Virus record (IMG/VR): IMGVR_UViG_3300030099_005700
Location: 1 to 59,846 of that record
Reading direction: 5' to 3' (one strand)
DNA length: 59,846 bases
Source: a virus
Taxonomy: Duplodnaviria; Caudoviricetes
The notes beneath the pieces were generated by a model, which was given only the letters and a program-made list of their open reading frames with translations, was not told the DNA's origin and ran no database searches. Shown here one piece after another: positions 45,469-54,312 of the stretch. Both the position numbers and the translations under genes were made by a program. The number at the start of each line of letters is the position of its first letter. The first letter of the stretch is position 1.

Positions 45469-47265
45469 TTAGGTGGAATACTTGTTAAGAATAAACCAGT
45501 TTGACCCGTCAGCTATTAAAGTAATTGATCCTCTGGCAGTCTGAGTGCCTATAATTATGCTAGAACCGTCGATGTTCTCGCTTCCTTCTGTTTGGATGTA
45601 AATATACTCAGAGTTGTCCCTGTTCTTCACATGAATCTTCCGGCCCGCTACGCAATCGGCTGACGCAAGCGTCAGGTAACGGAAGGTGCTCATGCTGTGA
45701 AAGAGGATCACCGAGTCGCTCCGCGTGGTGGTATAGTTACTGTCGTTTACTAACGTGGTGCTATAATTGAGGGCCTTGGAAAAGACAACCTGTTCAGTTC
45801 CGCCGTCTACGCGGAAGTATTCTGTCGTCGCAGATCCGGTTCCGTCGTCTGAGTAGAAGCGAATGTCGGCGTTTGTAGCATTCTGTCTGAGCGTCCAGTT
45901 TCCGGTGCTGTTCTCCCACTGGAGAGAGCTGCCAGTGTGCCGGACTGTTGCATCCGTGTCCGCACCAAGCTGTAGCTCGTCGTCGTCCCCGAGGCTGAGG
46001 TGTCCGTCGACCTTGGCATTGCCCGCGACCTCGAGCTTTTCGGAGGGATTATTAGTTCCGATTCCCAAGTTTCCGTCTTGGTCTATACGGACCTTCTCGG
46101 AATTATTCGTGGCAAACCTTACTCCGGTGTTTTCGTAATTCCAGAAGCTAACAAGGCCTCCTGCGTTAATTCCGAAAACGAGACCAGTGCTGCCGCCCAC
46201 GCCGGTGGAGTTGTTGTTGAAGTTGATATATGAGTTGCCCGCCGCTCCGTTGATCGTGAGATTTCTGTCGTTGTTGGCTTCAATGCCAATGCCTACGTTG
46301 CCGCCGAAGGTTCCGTTTCCGGATGCTGCAACGTTGCCGGAGGAGTCGATAGCGAGCATCTCCGCACTCCCCGGATTTGATCCAGTGTTAATCTTGAACT
46401 TATCGCCGTCGCCATTGTCGATTCCCGCCGACCATGCTTGAGCCGCAACCTGAAATTTCAGAGAGGCGTCTCCACCTCCCGCAGATTCAATCTCCATCTT
46501 GGCCGCTGACGCTCCGTAAAGGTGAAGCTGTTCCTGTGGCGTGGCGGTCCCGATGCCGACGTTGCCATCAGAAGACTCAACATGCAGGGCGGAGGCACTA
46601 GTCGATGACTTGACTGTAAAATCAAAACTGCTGGATGATGTTGCGTTTACAACAGCCCCGTTAGAACCAAGAGTTATTGTCTCACCGCCACCGCCAGCGC
46701 CATTGCGAAGAGTGAGTGCGCTTGCCGAGAACTCGATCCCTTGGTTATTTTGGCTAGCGGTTCCTGAAATGTTACCGTCTACGGTAATGTTACCCGTCAA
46801 CAGATTCCCTGCCGTCCCACTAAAGATCTCGTTGGAGTTCGTCGCGCTCGTCAGGAATGTAAACGCATCCTCGCTATCGTCGTAACCCATGAAGCCGGTC
46901 TTCTGGGCACCGTCGTGGTAAAAGAATTCTATGCCGCGATCTTTTGAGTCATCGAGCGCGTCAGTCCGCTGCTGACCACCAAGCGAGAAGATCGGGTCAT
47001 CAATCGTGATTACGGTTGAGTTGAAAGTGGTGGCATCTCCGTTGACCTCAAGCTCCCCGTTGACGAATAACTTATTGGCGCTCTGATCCCACTGCATGTA
47101 TTTGTCAGCGGTATCCCCGAAGAACTTTACGTCGTGGCCGGTGCCGTCAACGCCGACATTAAGGTCGCCTAAGATGGTGCCCCCTGCGTTCAGACCTATT
47201 GGCCCATCTGAAACTACGGTTACCTGATCGAGACTTTGAGTAACTGTGACTGACTCATTGGCCAT
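45469..47265 (-). CDS. Tail fibre protein
   Basis: Repeated GNVGIGT..P...L modules and a DRGIEF motif; G/S/N-rich. Confidence 0.8.
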   Translation of the reverse strand: MANESVTVTQSLDQVTVVSDGPIGLNAGGTILGDLNVGVDGTGHDVKFFGDTADKYMQWDQSANKLFVNGELEVNGDATTFNSTVITIDDPIFSLGGQQRTDALDDSKDRGIEFFYHDGAQKTGFMGYDDSEDAFTFLTSATNSNEIFSGTAGNLLTGNITVDGNISGTASQNNQGIEFSASALTLRNGAGGGGETITLGSNGAVVNATSSSSFDFTVKSSTSASALHVESSDGNVGIGTATPQEQLHLYGASAAKMEIESAGGGDASLKFQVAAQAWSAGIDNGDGDKFKINTGSNPGSAEMLAIDSSGNVAASGNGTFGGNVGIGIEANNDRNLTINGAAGNSYINFNNNSTGVGGSTGLVFGINAGGLVSFWNYENTGVRFATNNSEKVRIDQDGNLGIGTNNPSEKLEVAGNAKVDGHLSLGDDDELQLGADTDATVRHTGSSLQWENSTGNWTLRQNATNADIRFYSDDGTGSATTEYFRVDGGTEQVVFSKALNYSTTLVNDSNYTTTRSDSVILFHSMSTFRYLTLASADCVAGRKIHVKNRDNSEYIYIQTEGSENIDGSSIIIGTQTARGSITLIADGSNWFILNKYST

Positions 47266-47267
47266 TG

Positions 47268-47633
47268 TTAAACTACTTCAGGGGTTATGTCGAAAGTTAA
47301 GCGTATGTGGTGAATCACTTCACCACTAGTAAAGGTGCTGTTATCGGCTATTCTTAAATCCCCGATTACAGTGATGGACTCATTAGGGAGGGCAGTAGAT
47401 TGGGCAGTCGTCCATTTTAAATTTATGTTGGGGGCACTAGAACCAAGAATAATTCGTAAACCAGAATTACCAGCAACTCCGGTTAAGGTGTCAATTATAG
47501 CGCCCGTCAAAGAACGACGGATAACAAGTTGAGCCGACTTATTAGAACTAAGATCAACAACACTACCTCCAGAGTCTTTAAATGTTACATCGATCTGCTG
47601 CTGCTGCCCGCGCTGTAATTGAATGTTAGCCAT
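47268..47633 (-). CDS. Ig-like/BppU-N-like structural protein
   Basis: IQLQRG...VTFKDSGGSVVDLS pattern. Confidence 0.55.
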   Translation of the reverse strand: MANIQLQRGQQQQIDVTFKDSGGSVVDLSSNKSAQLVIRRSLTGAIIDTLTGVAGNSGLRIILGSSAPNINLKWTTAQSTALPNESITVIGDLRIADNSTFTSGEVIHHIRLTFDITPEVV

Positions 47634-47639
47634 AGTTCA

Positions 47640-47867
47640 CTAATCAAGGGTGGGTGAGGCCCATTCTTCAGTTTGCAAAATAGCTAAGATCTCAGAATGA
47701 GTGTATGTTGTTTTGCCCGCCAGAAAGTCTGGGGTGTCTCCTTCAAATTTAACAAAGGTCTTATCTCCGTCTACGGAGAACCGCAAGGTGTCAGCAGAGG
47801 TTTCCATTACCTCACCAAAGTTGATGTCATCAACCTCGTCTTCGTTAAGGATTACGTAGGTTCTCAT
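47640..47867 (-). CDS. Small tail-associated protein
   Basis: INFGEVMETSADTLRFSVDG..TFVKFEG; follows the LamG gene. Confidence 0.7.
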   Translation of the reverse strand: MRTYVILNEDEVDDINFGEVMETSADTLRFSVDGDKTFVKFEGDTPDFLAGKTTYTHSEILAILQTEEWASPTLD

Positions 47868-48997
47868 GATGGAACGTCTTCTTCAATTGAGGCTCCGTTG
47901 ATCAACTCAGCCGTTGCACCGTTGATTTGTTTCACTGACACATTAGAAATTTTCATATACTTGCCTTGGCTTAGCCTTCTGCCTTCAAGGTAATCAATGT
48001 AGGAGTTCTTTTTGTAGACTAGTGTTTTAGTCCCATTTCCTGTTCCTTGCAGATAACCTGAAGAGGTGTTGTTTATTCTCACAAAGACATAAGCGTCAGG
48101 GTCGTCTGTTTCTACATCAAACGTAAGCAGATAAAAACTGTCGGTTGTAGGCGTTGCGGTGAGGATGCTGTTTTCAGAGGCAGAGGTTCGAAGATAAACA
48201 AACCATCCATTACTGTCCCCGCTTGCAGTGCGCTCACACCGCATGAAATTATCTCCAAAGGTCAGTGTGTTTCCGCTATACACATACCAGTTGTCTGAAT
48301 CATAGACGTCCGAAATGACCATTTCGCTACCAAGGGAGGTGTCAATTTGGTCAAACACAAACTTGTTATTGGTGCTCCAACCTGACCCATCAGCCACTGG
48401 ATCTGTTCCGTCCCCCATCCGCCACCATTTGGTAGGATTAAGTGATGAAATGTCAGAGGGCACCCCACTGTTGTAAATAGCTGACACATTGCCTGCGCTC
48501 AAAACACTGTCCCACACGGCAAACTCATCCATATTTCCCAACAAATATGCAAAATGTGTATAGCGAGTTCCAATGGTCAAGGTGGAGGCTGCTGTGCCTA
48601 AAGACACACTGCCCTTTGTGTTATCTAACGACCCATCAACGTAGAGTTTGCATTCACTCGCAGATGAACTGTAGGTGATCGCGATGTGGTGCCACGCATT
48701 GATTGAAATTTCTGAGCTATCGTCGAAGGCATTTGAGATTAATTTGTACCCGGAGCCTTGGTCAGACGTGTGGACATAAATCGCGCTTGTATTTGAAGCG
48801 TCTCTTGCGTCAAAAGCGTAACGTGTTCCCGCCGCAGAACGGTTAATCCAATAAGAAACCGTAAAGCTTGATGGCAGTTGATAATTGACGGTCATTCTGT
48901 CATTGGCCCCGTCAAACGCAGCCGAATAGGCGTTAGTAAACGAAACTAACGGCACAAAGCCGCCTGTGGACAAACCCGATGACAGTCCTAAACGCAT
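47864..48997 (-). CDS. LamG/concanavalin A-like tail protein
   Basis: FTVSYW, WHHIAITY, LYVDG, MDEFAVWD and WWRMGD motifs. Confidence 0.85.
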   Translation of the reverse strand: MRLGLSSGLSTGGFVPLVSFTNAYSAAFDGANDRMTVNYQLPSSFTVSYWINRSAAGTRYAFDARDASNTSAIYVHTSDQGSGYKLISNAFDDSSEISINAWHHIAITYSSSASECKLYVDGSLDNTKGSVSLGTAASTLTIGTRYTHFAYLLGNMDEFAVWDSVLSAGNVSAIYNSGVPSDISSLNPTKWWRMGDGTDPVADGSGWSTNNKFVFDQIDTSLGSEMVISDVYDSDNWYVYSGNTLTFGDNFMRCERTASGDSNGWFVYLRTSASENSILTATPTTDSFYLLTFDVETDDPDAYVFVRINNTSSGYLQGTGNGTKTLVYKKNSYIDYLEGRRLSQGKYMKISNVSVKQINGATAELINGASIEEDVPS

Positions 48998-49296
48998 TAA
49001 GCAGCATTGTAAGCAATGACGCGGCCAGCCGCCAAAGTAAACCCGCTGATCTGCCCGTAGATTGTTACACCTTTGGGAATGGTATCAGCAGAGGCGACAA
49101 TCGTGTCTGTATTTGAAATAGCGGACCCGTCTACCTGACTCTTGTTCAACTCAGGCCATGTGATGGCACTAAAATAAGTTGCGTCATCAAGTGAGGTAAT
49201 AGCGCAAAAGTCGCCGGTCACAGGACTGCCCGCAGCCGTGACGTATGCAGCTCCGGCTTGTCCGAAGGATTGTTTGTCGATGTTCGTTGTTGCCAT
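48997..49296 (-). CDS. Small structural protein
   Basis: 99 aa, beta-rich, ending in GRVIAY. Confidence 0.7.
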   Translation of the reverse strand: MATTNIDKQSFGQAGAAYVTAAGSPVTGDFCAITSLDDATYFSAITWPELNKSQVDGSAISNTDTIVASADTIPKGVTIYGQISGFTLAAGRVIAYNAA

Positions 49297-49313
49297 GATT
49301 GTTGGTTTTTAAA

Positions 49314-49751
49314 TTACGATGCTTCAGTTTGAACAAGGAGGTAGCGGAATTCTACGCTTTCGTTATTTCCACCACTACGGACTCTTACGTTGCTTAAATT
49401 ACCAAAACCTCCGTGTTTTGATCCCACTGAAAAAAGAGCCGTAGTTTGAGGTTTTACGATTAAATCGAAATTAGTGCCGCCGTCTAAAGAAATATTTAAA
49501 TTTTTGTAGTGGGTATTGGAGCCACCTGTTTGAACCGCTTCGTCGTTACGAATCAGAATCATTGCGTTACAGTTACTAGTATCTACTTCTCCAGTTACTA
49601 ATCCTGTGCTCGTCGTGGACGAGTCAGCAATGACTTGCGATTGAACGGAAAAACTGGTGGCAGTATCCCCTGAAGTAATTGAGTCAGAAAAATTCAGGGT
49701 AATATCGCCAACAGTTAGCTGAACTGTGTGGGCTATCGTTTTAGCGGCCAT
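49314..49751 (-). CDS. Structural protein
   Basis: 145 aa, S/T-rich. Confidence 0.65.
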   Translation of the reverse strand: MAAKTIAHTVQLTVGDITLNFSDSITSGDTATSFSVQSQVIADSSTTSTGLVTGEVDTSNCNAMILIRNDEAVQTGGSNTHYKNLNISLDGGTNFDLIVKPQTTALFSVGSKHGGFGNLSNVRVRSGGNNESVEFRYLLVQTEAS

Positions 49752-49756
49752 GACTT

Positions 49757-49785
49757 ACTTTACAAGGTTAGGGGATGTGATTCAA
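49757..49785 (-). promoter_or_regulatory. Putative promoter, near-leaderless
   Basis: TTGAAT-17-TAAAGT, 5 nt before ATG 49751. Confidence 0.55.
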
Positions 49786-50111
49786 GGCTTGTGCTTGGAC
49801 ATCATTTTCTCAACGACCATTAGAAACCCGCCACTTTTGCCTTCTTTATCCTCCTCCATCTTTCCGTCGTGACTGCTCATAACGTAATCGTGGACTGAAT
49901 CTAGATAGTCGTTGGCGAGGATGATCTTTTTTTTAACCCATTCTTCTTCAAGATGGGGTGTAGAACATCCAGATAAATGCTTCAAAAGCTCACACGCATT
50001 ATGGTGCAGGTGGTTAAGCTGATGCATGACCATCTTGTGGCCGTCATCAACTTTTCCACCCTTGGCTTCAGGAGAGTCCACAGGGACCATTTTACTTTCC
50101 CCTTCCATCAC
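49782..50111 (-). CDS. Hypothetical head-associated protein
   Basis: LEEEWVKKKIILANDYLDSVHDY four-helix-like motif; Met/His-rich. Confidence 0.7.
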   Translation of the reverse strand: MMEGESKMVPVDSPEAKGGKVDDGHKMVMHQLNHLHHNACELLKHLSGCSTPHLEEEWVKKKIILANDYLDSVHDYVMSSHDGKMEEDKEGKSGGFLMVVEKMMSKHKP

Positions 50112-50470
50112 TCCATCTCCCTGAACATTTTCAAGGCGAACTGATTAGGGTTGAGGTCGGCATAGTCTTCGTCAGCCATCTTTTCGGCAATCTGCTCCAT
50201 GAGCATAGCGTGGTCTTCGGACTCTGGGTCAAACTCTACCCCGAAGATAACCATGAAAAGCTCTTCGGCTTTTTGCATCAAGTCCTCTGGAGCTTCTTCT
50301 GGAGCTTCTTCTGGAGCTTCTTCTGGAGCTTCTTCTGGAGCTTCTTCTGGAGCTTCTTCTGGAGCTTCTTCTGGAGCTTCTTCTGGAGCTTCTTCTGGAG
50401 GCGCGGAAGCGGCGGATTCGACGGCATCGATAAACATCTGGGCGTCGTCCATATCTTTTTTATCTACCAT
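50108..50470 (-). CDS. Acidic protein with EEAP repeats
   Basis: 120 aa immediately downstream of the capsid gene. Confidence 0.75.
   Translation of the reverse strand: MVDKKDMDDAQMFIDAVESAASAPPEEAPEEAPEEAPEEAPEEAPEEAPEEAPEEAPEEAPEDLMQKAEELFMVIFGVEFDPESEDHAMLMEQIAEKMADEDYADLNPNQFALKMFREME
50287..50399. repeat. 12-bp coding tandem repeat (~9 copies, CTGGAGCTTCTT)
   Basis: Exact copies encoding PEEA. Confidence 0.95.
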
Positions 50471-50475
50471 ATCTT

Positions 50476-50519
50476 TAAAAGAAATCCCGAACCCCGAAGG
50501 GTTCCTCAGGGTTCGGGAT
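50476..50519 (-). terminator. Terminator after major capsid gene
   Basis: ATCCCGAACCC / GGGTTCGGGAT stem followed by TTCTTTT on the minus strand. Confidence 0.8.
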
Positions 50520-50544
50520 AACTATGTTAGGGTGTTATGACCTA

Positions 50545-51909
50545 CTATGCGGCGGCGGTATTAGTGTCGCGCTTGAAGATGACAACGTATCCGAAGCTGG
50601 TCTTAATTGGCTTCGATGCGCTGGCCATGATTCCCCGGAAGAAACCAATTGTGCCATCAGGATTGTAAGTGGCGTCGGGGATGTTAGTCCACTTGAAGTC
50701 GCCCTTATAATTGACGGGGTCGAAGGTGATTCCGTTGCCACCAGTGAGCGGTGCAGGGATCAGGGACTCCATGACGTTGTCAACAAGGACATAAGCGGCT
50801 TCAAACTCAGCACTTTCGTAATCTGCGTTCGGGACAACAACTCCACCAGATACAGTATAAGGATCGACTCTGACGAGAGTGTTTGCCTCTCCTCCGCGAC
50901 TCTTATAACGAGTGGTGAGATCGTCGACCAAGTGGTAGAAACCCCTGAAGCTTTTCTCAACACCAAGAGGTGCAATCAGTTCGCCAACTCGTGCATTGTT
51001 GTAACGCACATCATCGCGGAACTCAGCCTCAGTCTGAAGCTGGTAAGAAGCCTCAGAAGAAAGGACTACCGAGAAGATTGGGCGACCGTTCTCACGACCG
51101 TAGGCGTTGGTACCTGCACCAGCGCGAACAAGCTTAAAGTAAATCTTGTCCATGATGGCGTTGGAGATGTTAGCATCAGGCTCCAGTTCTCCAGTTCCGT
51201 CTCCTCCGGGCTCCGGAGGATCAAGGTCACCAGTCTTTACGGTAGACCCAGCTTGTGCCAAACCATCGGTAGTGTCTTCTACGAACGACTGCTTGTCCTC
51301 TACAGAAGAGATAAAGGTCGTGCTAGCAGACTTACAAAGAACGCAGTTATCAGCAAGGCGGTCATACTCGTCGCGGTAGCGATTTTCCCAGCTATGACGG
51401 ACAGACTCCTTGAGGAGGTCCATGATAGCGCGGAGCTGATCGGTACGATGAGCAGCATAACGAAGATCTTCAACATTGATCTTCGGGGACTCGACCGTAG
51501 CCTTTTTCAGGCTGTATTTCTTGAGTACCTGAGAGAAGTCAATTTTAGAAGTGCCTTCGTCACCAGTGTTACGAACATCCTCAATCTGACCATCGGTGAA
51601 GCCAGTCCTGCTGGAGGCTACAGCCGAAAGATTGATAGTATTCCAATTAAGTCCCAAAACGGGGGTCGCGTTCAACGCGCCACTCTTAAGTGGAAGTGCC
51701 CTATCGTAAACGAGGGTGTTGAGTTGATAGCCCATCCCGTCAGGGAAAGTGCTTTGTTTAACAAGGTCAATCCACGGGGAAGTGTGGAGAGTTGACTTGT
51801 GAATATCGTTACCGATGCGATTAGCTTCCTGAGTCAGGATAACGTTAATTGCATTGGCGTCATTTGCAAAAGTGCCGTCTGGAAGAGCGGCATTGGTTGA
51901 AACTCCCAT
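50545..51909 (-). CDS. Major capsid protein
   Basis: About 454 aa from MGVSTN; downstream of portal and scaffold; followed by a strong terminator. Confidence 0.8.
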   Translation of the reverse strand: MGVSTNAALPDGTFANDANAINVILTQEANRIGNDIHKSTLHTSPWIDLVKQSTFPDGMGYQLNTLVYDRALPLKSGALNATPVLGLNWNTINLSAVASSRTGFTDGQIEDVRNTGDEGTSKIDFSQVLKKYSLKKATVESPKINVEDLRYAAHRTDQLRAIMDLLKESVRHSWENRYRDEYDRLADNCVLCKSASTTFISSVEDKQSFVEDTTDGLAQAGSTVKTGDLDPPEPGGDGTGELEPDANISNAIMDKIYFKLVRAGAGTNAYGRENGRPIFSVVLSSEASYQLQTEAEFRDDVRYNNARVGELIAPLGVEKSFRGFYHLVDDLTTRYKSRGGEANTLVRVDPYTVSGGVVVPNADYESAEFEAAYVLVDNVMESLIPAPLTGGNGITFDPVNYKGDFKWTNIPDATYNPDGTIGFFRGIMASASKPIKTSFGYVVIFKRDTNTAAA

Positions 51910-51987
51910 TGTATTAGATAGTAAAGTTAAGGAAAAAAAGACCCTTTCCCCCATTGTGGGGCCAAAGAATCAAACGAAGATGTAGGT

Positions 51988-52105
51988 GAATCCCGCTTCC
52001 TAGAACTATTTACATGGCTAGAGCAACCAGCAGTATTCGGGTAAGAGAGGCAAAGCTCTGGAGATGACGCGTAGAACTATTTAAGGCTAGAGCAACCTGT
52101 CATCT
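51988..52105 (-). ncRNA. Tandem structured cis-regulatory RNA candidate in the capsid 5' leader
   Basis: Two copies of GGTTGCTCTAGCC-n-TAAATAGTTCTA, each closed by a different stem. Confidence 0.6.
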
Positions 52106-52116
52106 GTTATTTTTGG

Positions 52117-52145
52117 ATTATTACGTAAATCCTTAATTATGTCAA
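52117..52145 (-). promoter_or_regulatory. Putative capsid promoter
   Basis: TTGACA-17-AATAAT just upstream of the tandem element. Confidence 0.6.
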
Positions 52146-52195
52146 CCAGAGATTTATTCTGCTCTAGCTGCCTTAAGGGTGTATAACTCAAACAC

Positions 52196-52282
52196 ATGAT
52201 AGATCAAGACCCAACATTGGTGGCTATGCTGATAGTTTCAATAATTTTCCTAGTAGCCATAGCGAAAAGTCTGGACATGTGA
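52196..52282 (+). CDS. Putative 28-aa membrane peptide
   Basis: MIDQDPTLVAMLIVSIIFLVAIAKSLDM, after a TG-TATAAC element. Confidence 0.4.
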   Translation: MIDQDPTLVAMLIVSIIFLVAIAKSLDM

Positions 52283-52308
52283 TTTCGCTCTAGATAAAAG
52301 GCGGAGTT

Positions 52309-52518
52309 ATGAAACAAACATTATTCGTAATCGCGGCGGGATGCACCTTAGCAGTGTCTTCCTGCTCTACGATGGACTTGGGCGGGTCAGTACCTCTCCC
52401 ATTCACTGAGCCATCAACTTCAGCAAAGTTGGACCTTAATCTTCGACCGATGCCCCCGCGATTTTGTATTGGGGTGGACCTCGTTCCGACAGAAGAAGAA
52501 ACCCCTGAATCAGAATAA
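52309..52518 (+). CDS. Small lipoprotein
   Basis: MKQTLFVIAAGCTLAVSSC signal/lipobox; GGAG upstream. Confidence 0.7.
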   Translation: MKQTLFVIAAGCTLAVSSCSTMDLGGSVPLPFTEPSTSAKLDLNLRPMPPRFCIGVDLVPTEEETPESE

Positions 52519-52521
52519 GTC

Positions 52522-52593
52522 ATGGCCTACGGAAACCCAAAACCAAAACCCAAGCCTAAGCCAACAAAGCCCAAAACAAAGGGCGGCTACTAA
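52522..52593 (+). CDS. Putative 23-aa basic peptide
   Basis: MAYGNPKPKPKPKPTKPKTKGGY, 3 nt after the lipoprotein stop. Confidence 0.5.
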   Translation: MAYGNPKPKPKPKPTKPKTKGGY

Positions 52594-52615
52594 TGTAACC
52601 CGCTTGGCAAACCAG

Positions 52616-52653
52616 AAAAACCCGCTTCGTTGCTCATGCGAAGCGGGTTTTTT
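52616..52653. terminator. Bidirectional terminator
   Basis: AAAAACCCGCTTCG / CGAAGCGGGTTTTTT between convergent units. Confidence 0.85.
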
Positions 52654-52699
52654 GTGTCGATCAAATCGACATGACCTTAGAACATGTCGATGTAAGGCC

Positions 52700-52807
52700 T
52701 TATCCTAGACACGACGCTAGAGCCGAAAAAACAAAATATAAAGTTATAGTGATAACAGCCCCCCACACAAAGGCTAGAAAAACGTAGAAAGGCCTACGAT
52801 CTCGCAT
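52700..52807 (-). CDS. Putative 35-aa membrane peptide
   Basis: MRDRRPFYVFLAFVWGAVITITLYFVFSALASCLG, directly after the scaffold stop. Confidence 0.45.
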   Translation of the reverse strand: MRDRRPFYVFLAFVWGAVITITLYFVFSALASCLG

Positions 52808-52809
52808 CA

Positions 52810-54018
52810 CTAACTTCCTAGAGCGGCATTGATGCTATCCTCAAAGCTCATCTCACTCGTGACCCCTGCTGGAGTGGCAGAACTTTTGGTCTGCCCTGAC
52901 ATTGCAGGTTCTGCGGTCTCATAATCCGCAAGACGGTCAGTCAAAAGTTCGTTTTCTTTCCGCATCGACATATAGGCTTTGACGATATTGGGGAGAAGCT
53001 GGGCAGACACAGCATTAAAAGCGTGGTCTACAGGGTGGATTACAGAAGGATCATTTTCTGCGGCTTTAGTCTGGATTGCCTCCATATCTAAATCTTCCAA
53101 ACCAGAAAGAAAAGGTAGCTTTTGTTGCACTCTTTCAACAACATTTCGGGTTACATTAGCCCGCAACTTCGCTTTTTCTGCCGCCATTTGGGCATGCTCT
53201 TGCTCTTCTAGGGCTTTCGCTTCGCTCAAAGCGGCTTCAGCATTCTCAAGAAGATACTGCCGTCTCTCAACTATAGGTTCAACTTCTTCTATAATCCGAT
53301 AAATCTTGGCTTTGTCCCTATCGCTGGCGTCAGCGAGCAACTCATCAAGCTGCTCATCCTGTTGTTCAGGATCATCAAGGGCCAAAACGTCAACAAGAGC
53401 ATCAGGATCGACATTATATTTGTCCGCAATCTGGTCGGCCTGTTCCATTAAAGACGACAAAGGCTCAGTAATAGCCTCTCGGTAGGCGTTTGTAGACTCT
53501 AAATCAGACAACATCTGGCGTTGTTCAAACTCAGCGACTCTGCTTTGGAGTTGTTCTATATCTTTATTTTCAGTCAGGCCCGTTAGCTCTTTGATTTTAG
53601 CTTCATTTATCTGTTGTTGTTGCCGTAGGGCCTCTAACTCAGACTTACTAGACTTTAACTCAGACTTCAGTTGCTTGAATCGGGATGCAGCTTTCGGGGT
53701 CCAATCGTCCCCTATATCCTCAGTAAGAGCCTCAATCGGTTCTTCCCCGCCAGATTCTTCAGCGGCTGGCTCCTCAGCAGCAGGTTCTTCAGCGGCTGGC
53801 TCCTCAGCAGCAGGTTCTTCAACGGGTTCTTCAGCAGCAGGTTCTTCAGCAGCAGGTTCTTCAGCAGAGTCAGACGGTTCTGCATTAAAATTAGCAAAAG
53901 CTGCCTCTAAAGAATCCTCAAAAGAGAGGTCTCCAGCCCCTGCATCCGGCAGAGCTTCAATGTTTACTCCTGCCTCCTCTGCGGGGGCCTCGGCTACGGA
54001 TTCTGTATGTGGTTCCAT
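52810..54018 (-). CDS. Capsid scaffolding protein
   Basis: Very acidic with EEPAA repeats and a long coiled coil; between portal and capsid genes. Confidence 0.75.
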   Translation of the reverse strand: MEPHTESVAEAPAEEAGVNIEALPDAGAGDLSFEDSLEAAFANFNAEPSDSAEEPAAEEPAAEEPVEEPAAEEPAAEEPAAEEPAAEESGGEEPIEALTEDIGDDWTPKAASRFKQLKSELKSSKSELEALRQQQQINEAKIKELTGLTENKDIEQLQSRVAEFEQRQMLSDLESTNAYREAITEPLSSLMEQADQIADKYNVDPDALVDVLALDDPEQQDEQLDELLADASDRDKAKIYRIIEEVEPIVERRQYLLENAEAALSEAKALEEQEHAQMAAEKAKLRANVTRNVVERVQQKLPFLSGLEDLDMEAIQTKAAENDPSVIHPVDHAFNAVSAQLLPNIVKAYMSMRKENELLTDRLADYETAEPAMSGQTKSSATPAGVTSEMSFEDSINAALGS

Positions 54019-54299
54019 TCGTCTATTGTCGGTTGTTGGCCAGAGTTTGGTTGTTTGGTTAGCTTTTCCAAATCATTGAAAGCATCTCTATAGCCCGCGT
54101 ACCAACTTAGTTTGTGGCTATTCTCTTGTGGGTCAGTCCCAATAGAGGAAACAGTAGGCCCAGCGGCTTCTTTTAAGATCGCAATAGCCTGCTGTAAAGC
54201 GGGTTCTTCAACAATTTCCCGCAACTTCGTAACAGCCTTTATATCTTTAAACCACCACTCCAATTTAATTGGAACGGTGGGTTTCTTTTTACTGGGCAT
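53994..54299 (-). CDS. Small head-module protein
   Basis: 101 aa; AGYRDAFNDL motif. Confidence 0.7.
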   Translation of the reverse strand: MPSKKKPTVPIKLEWWFKDIKAVTKLREIVEEPALQQAIAILKEAAGPTVSSIGTDPQENSHKLSWYAGYRDAFNDLEKLTKQPNSGQQPTIDEWNHIQNP

Positions 54300-54312
54300 T
54301 ATGTTTGTTCTT

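Noticed and set aside
50524-51795. 423-aa + strand ORF
   Set aside because: Antisense shadow of the capsid gene with no recognisable motifs.
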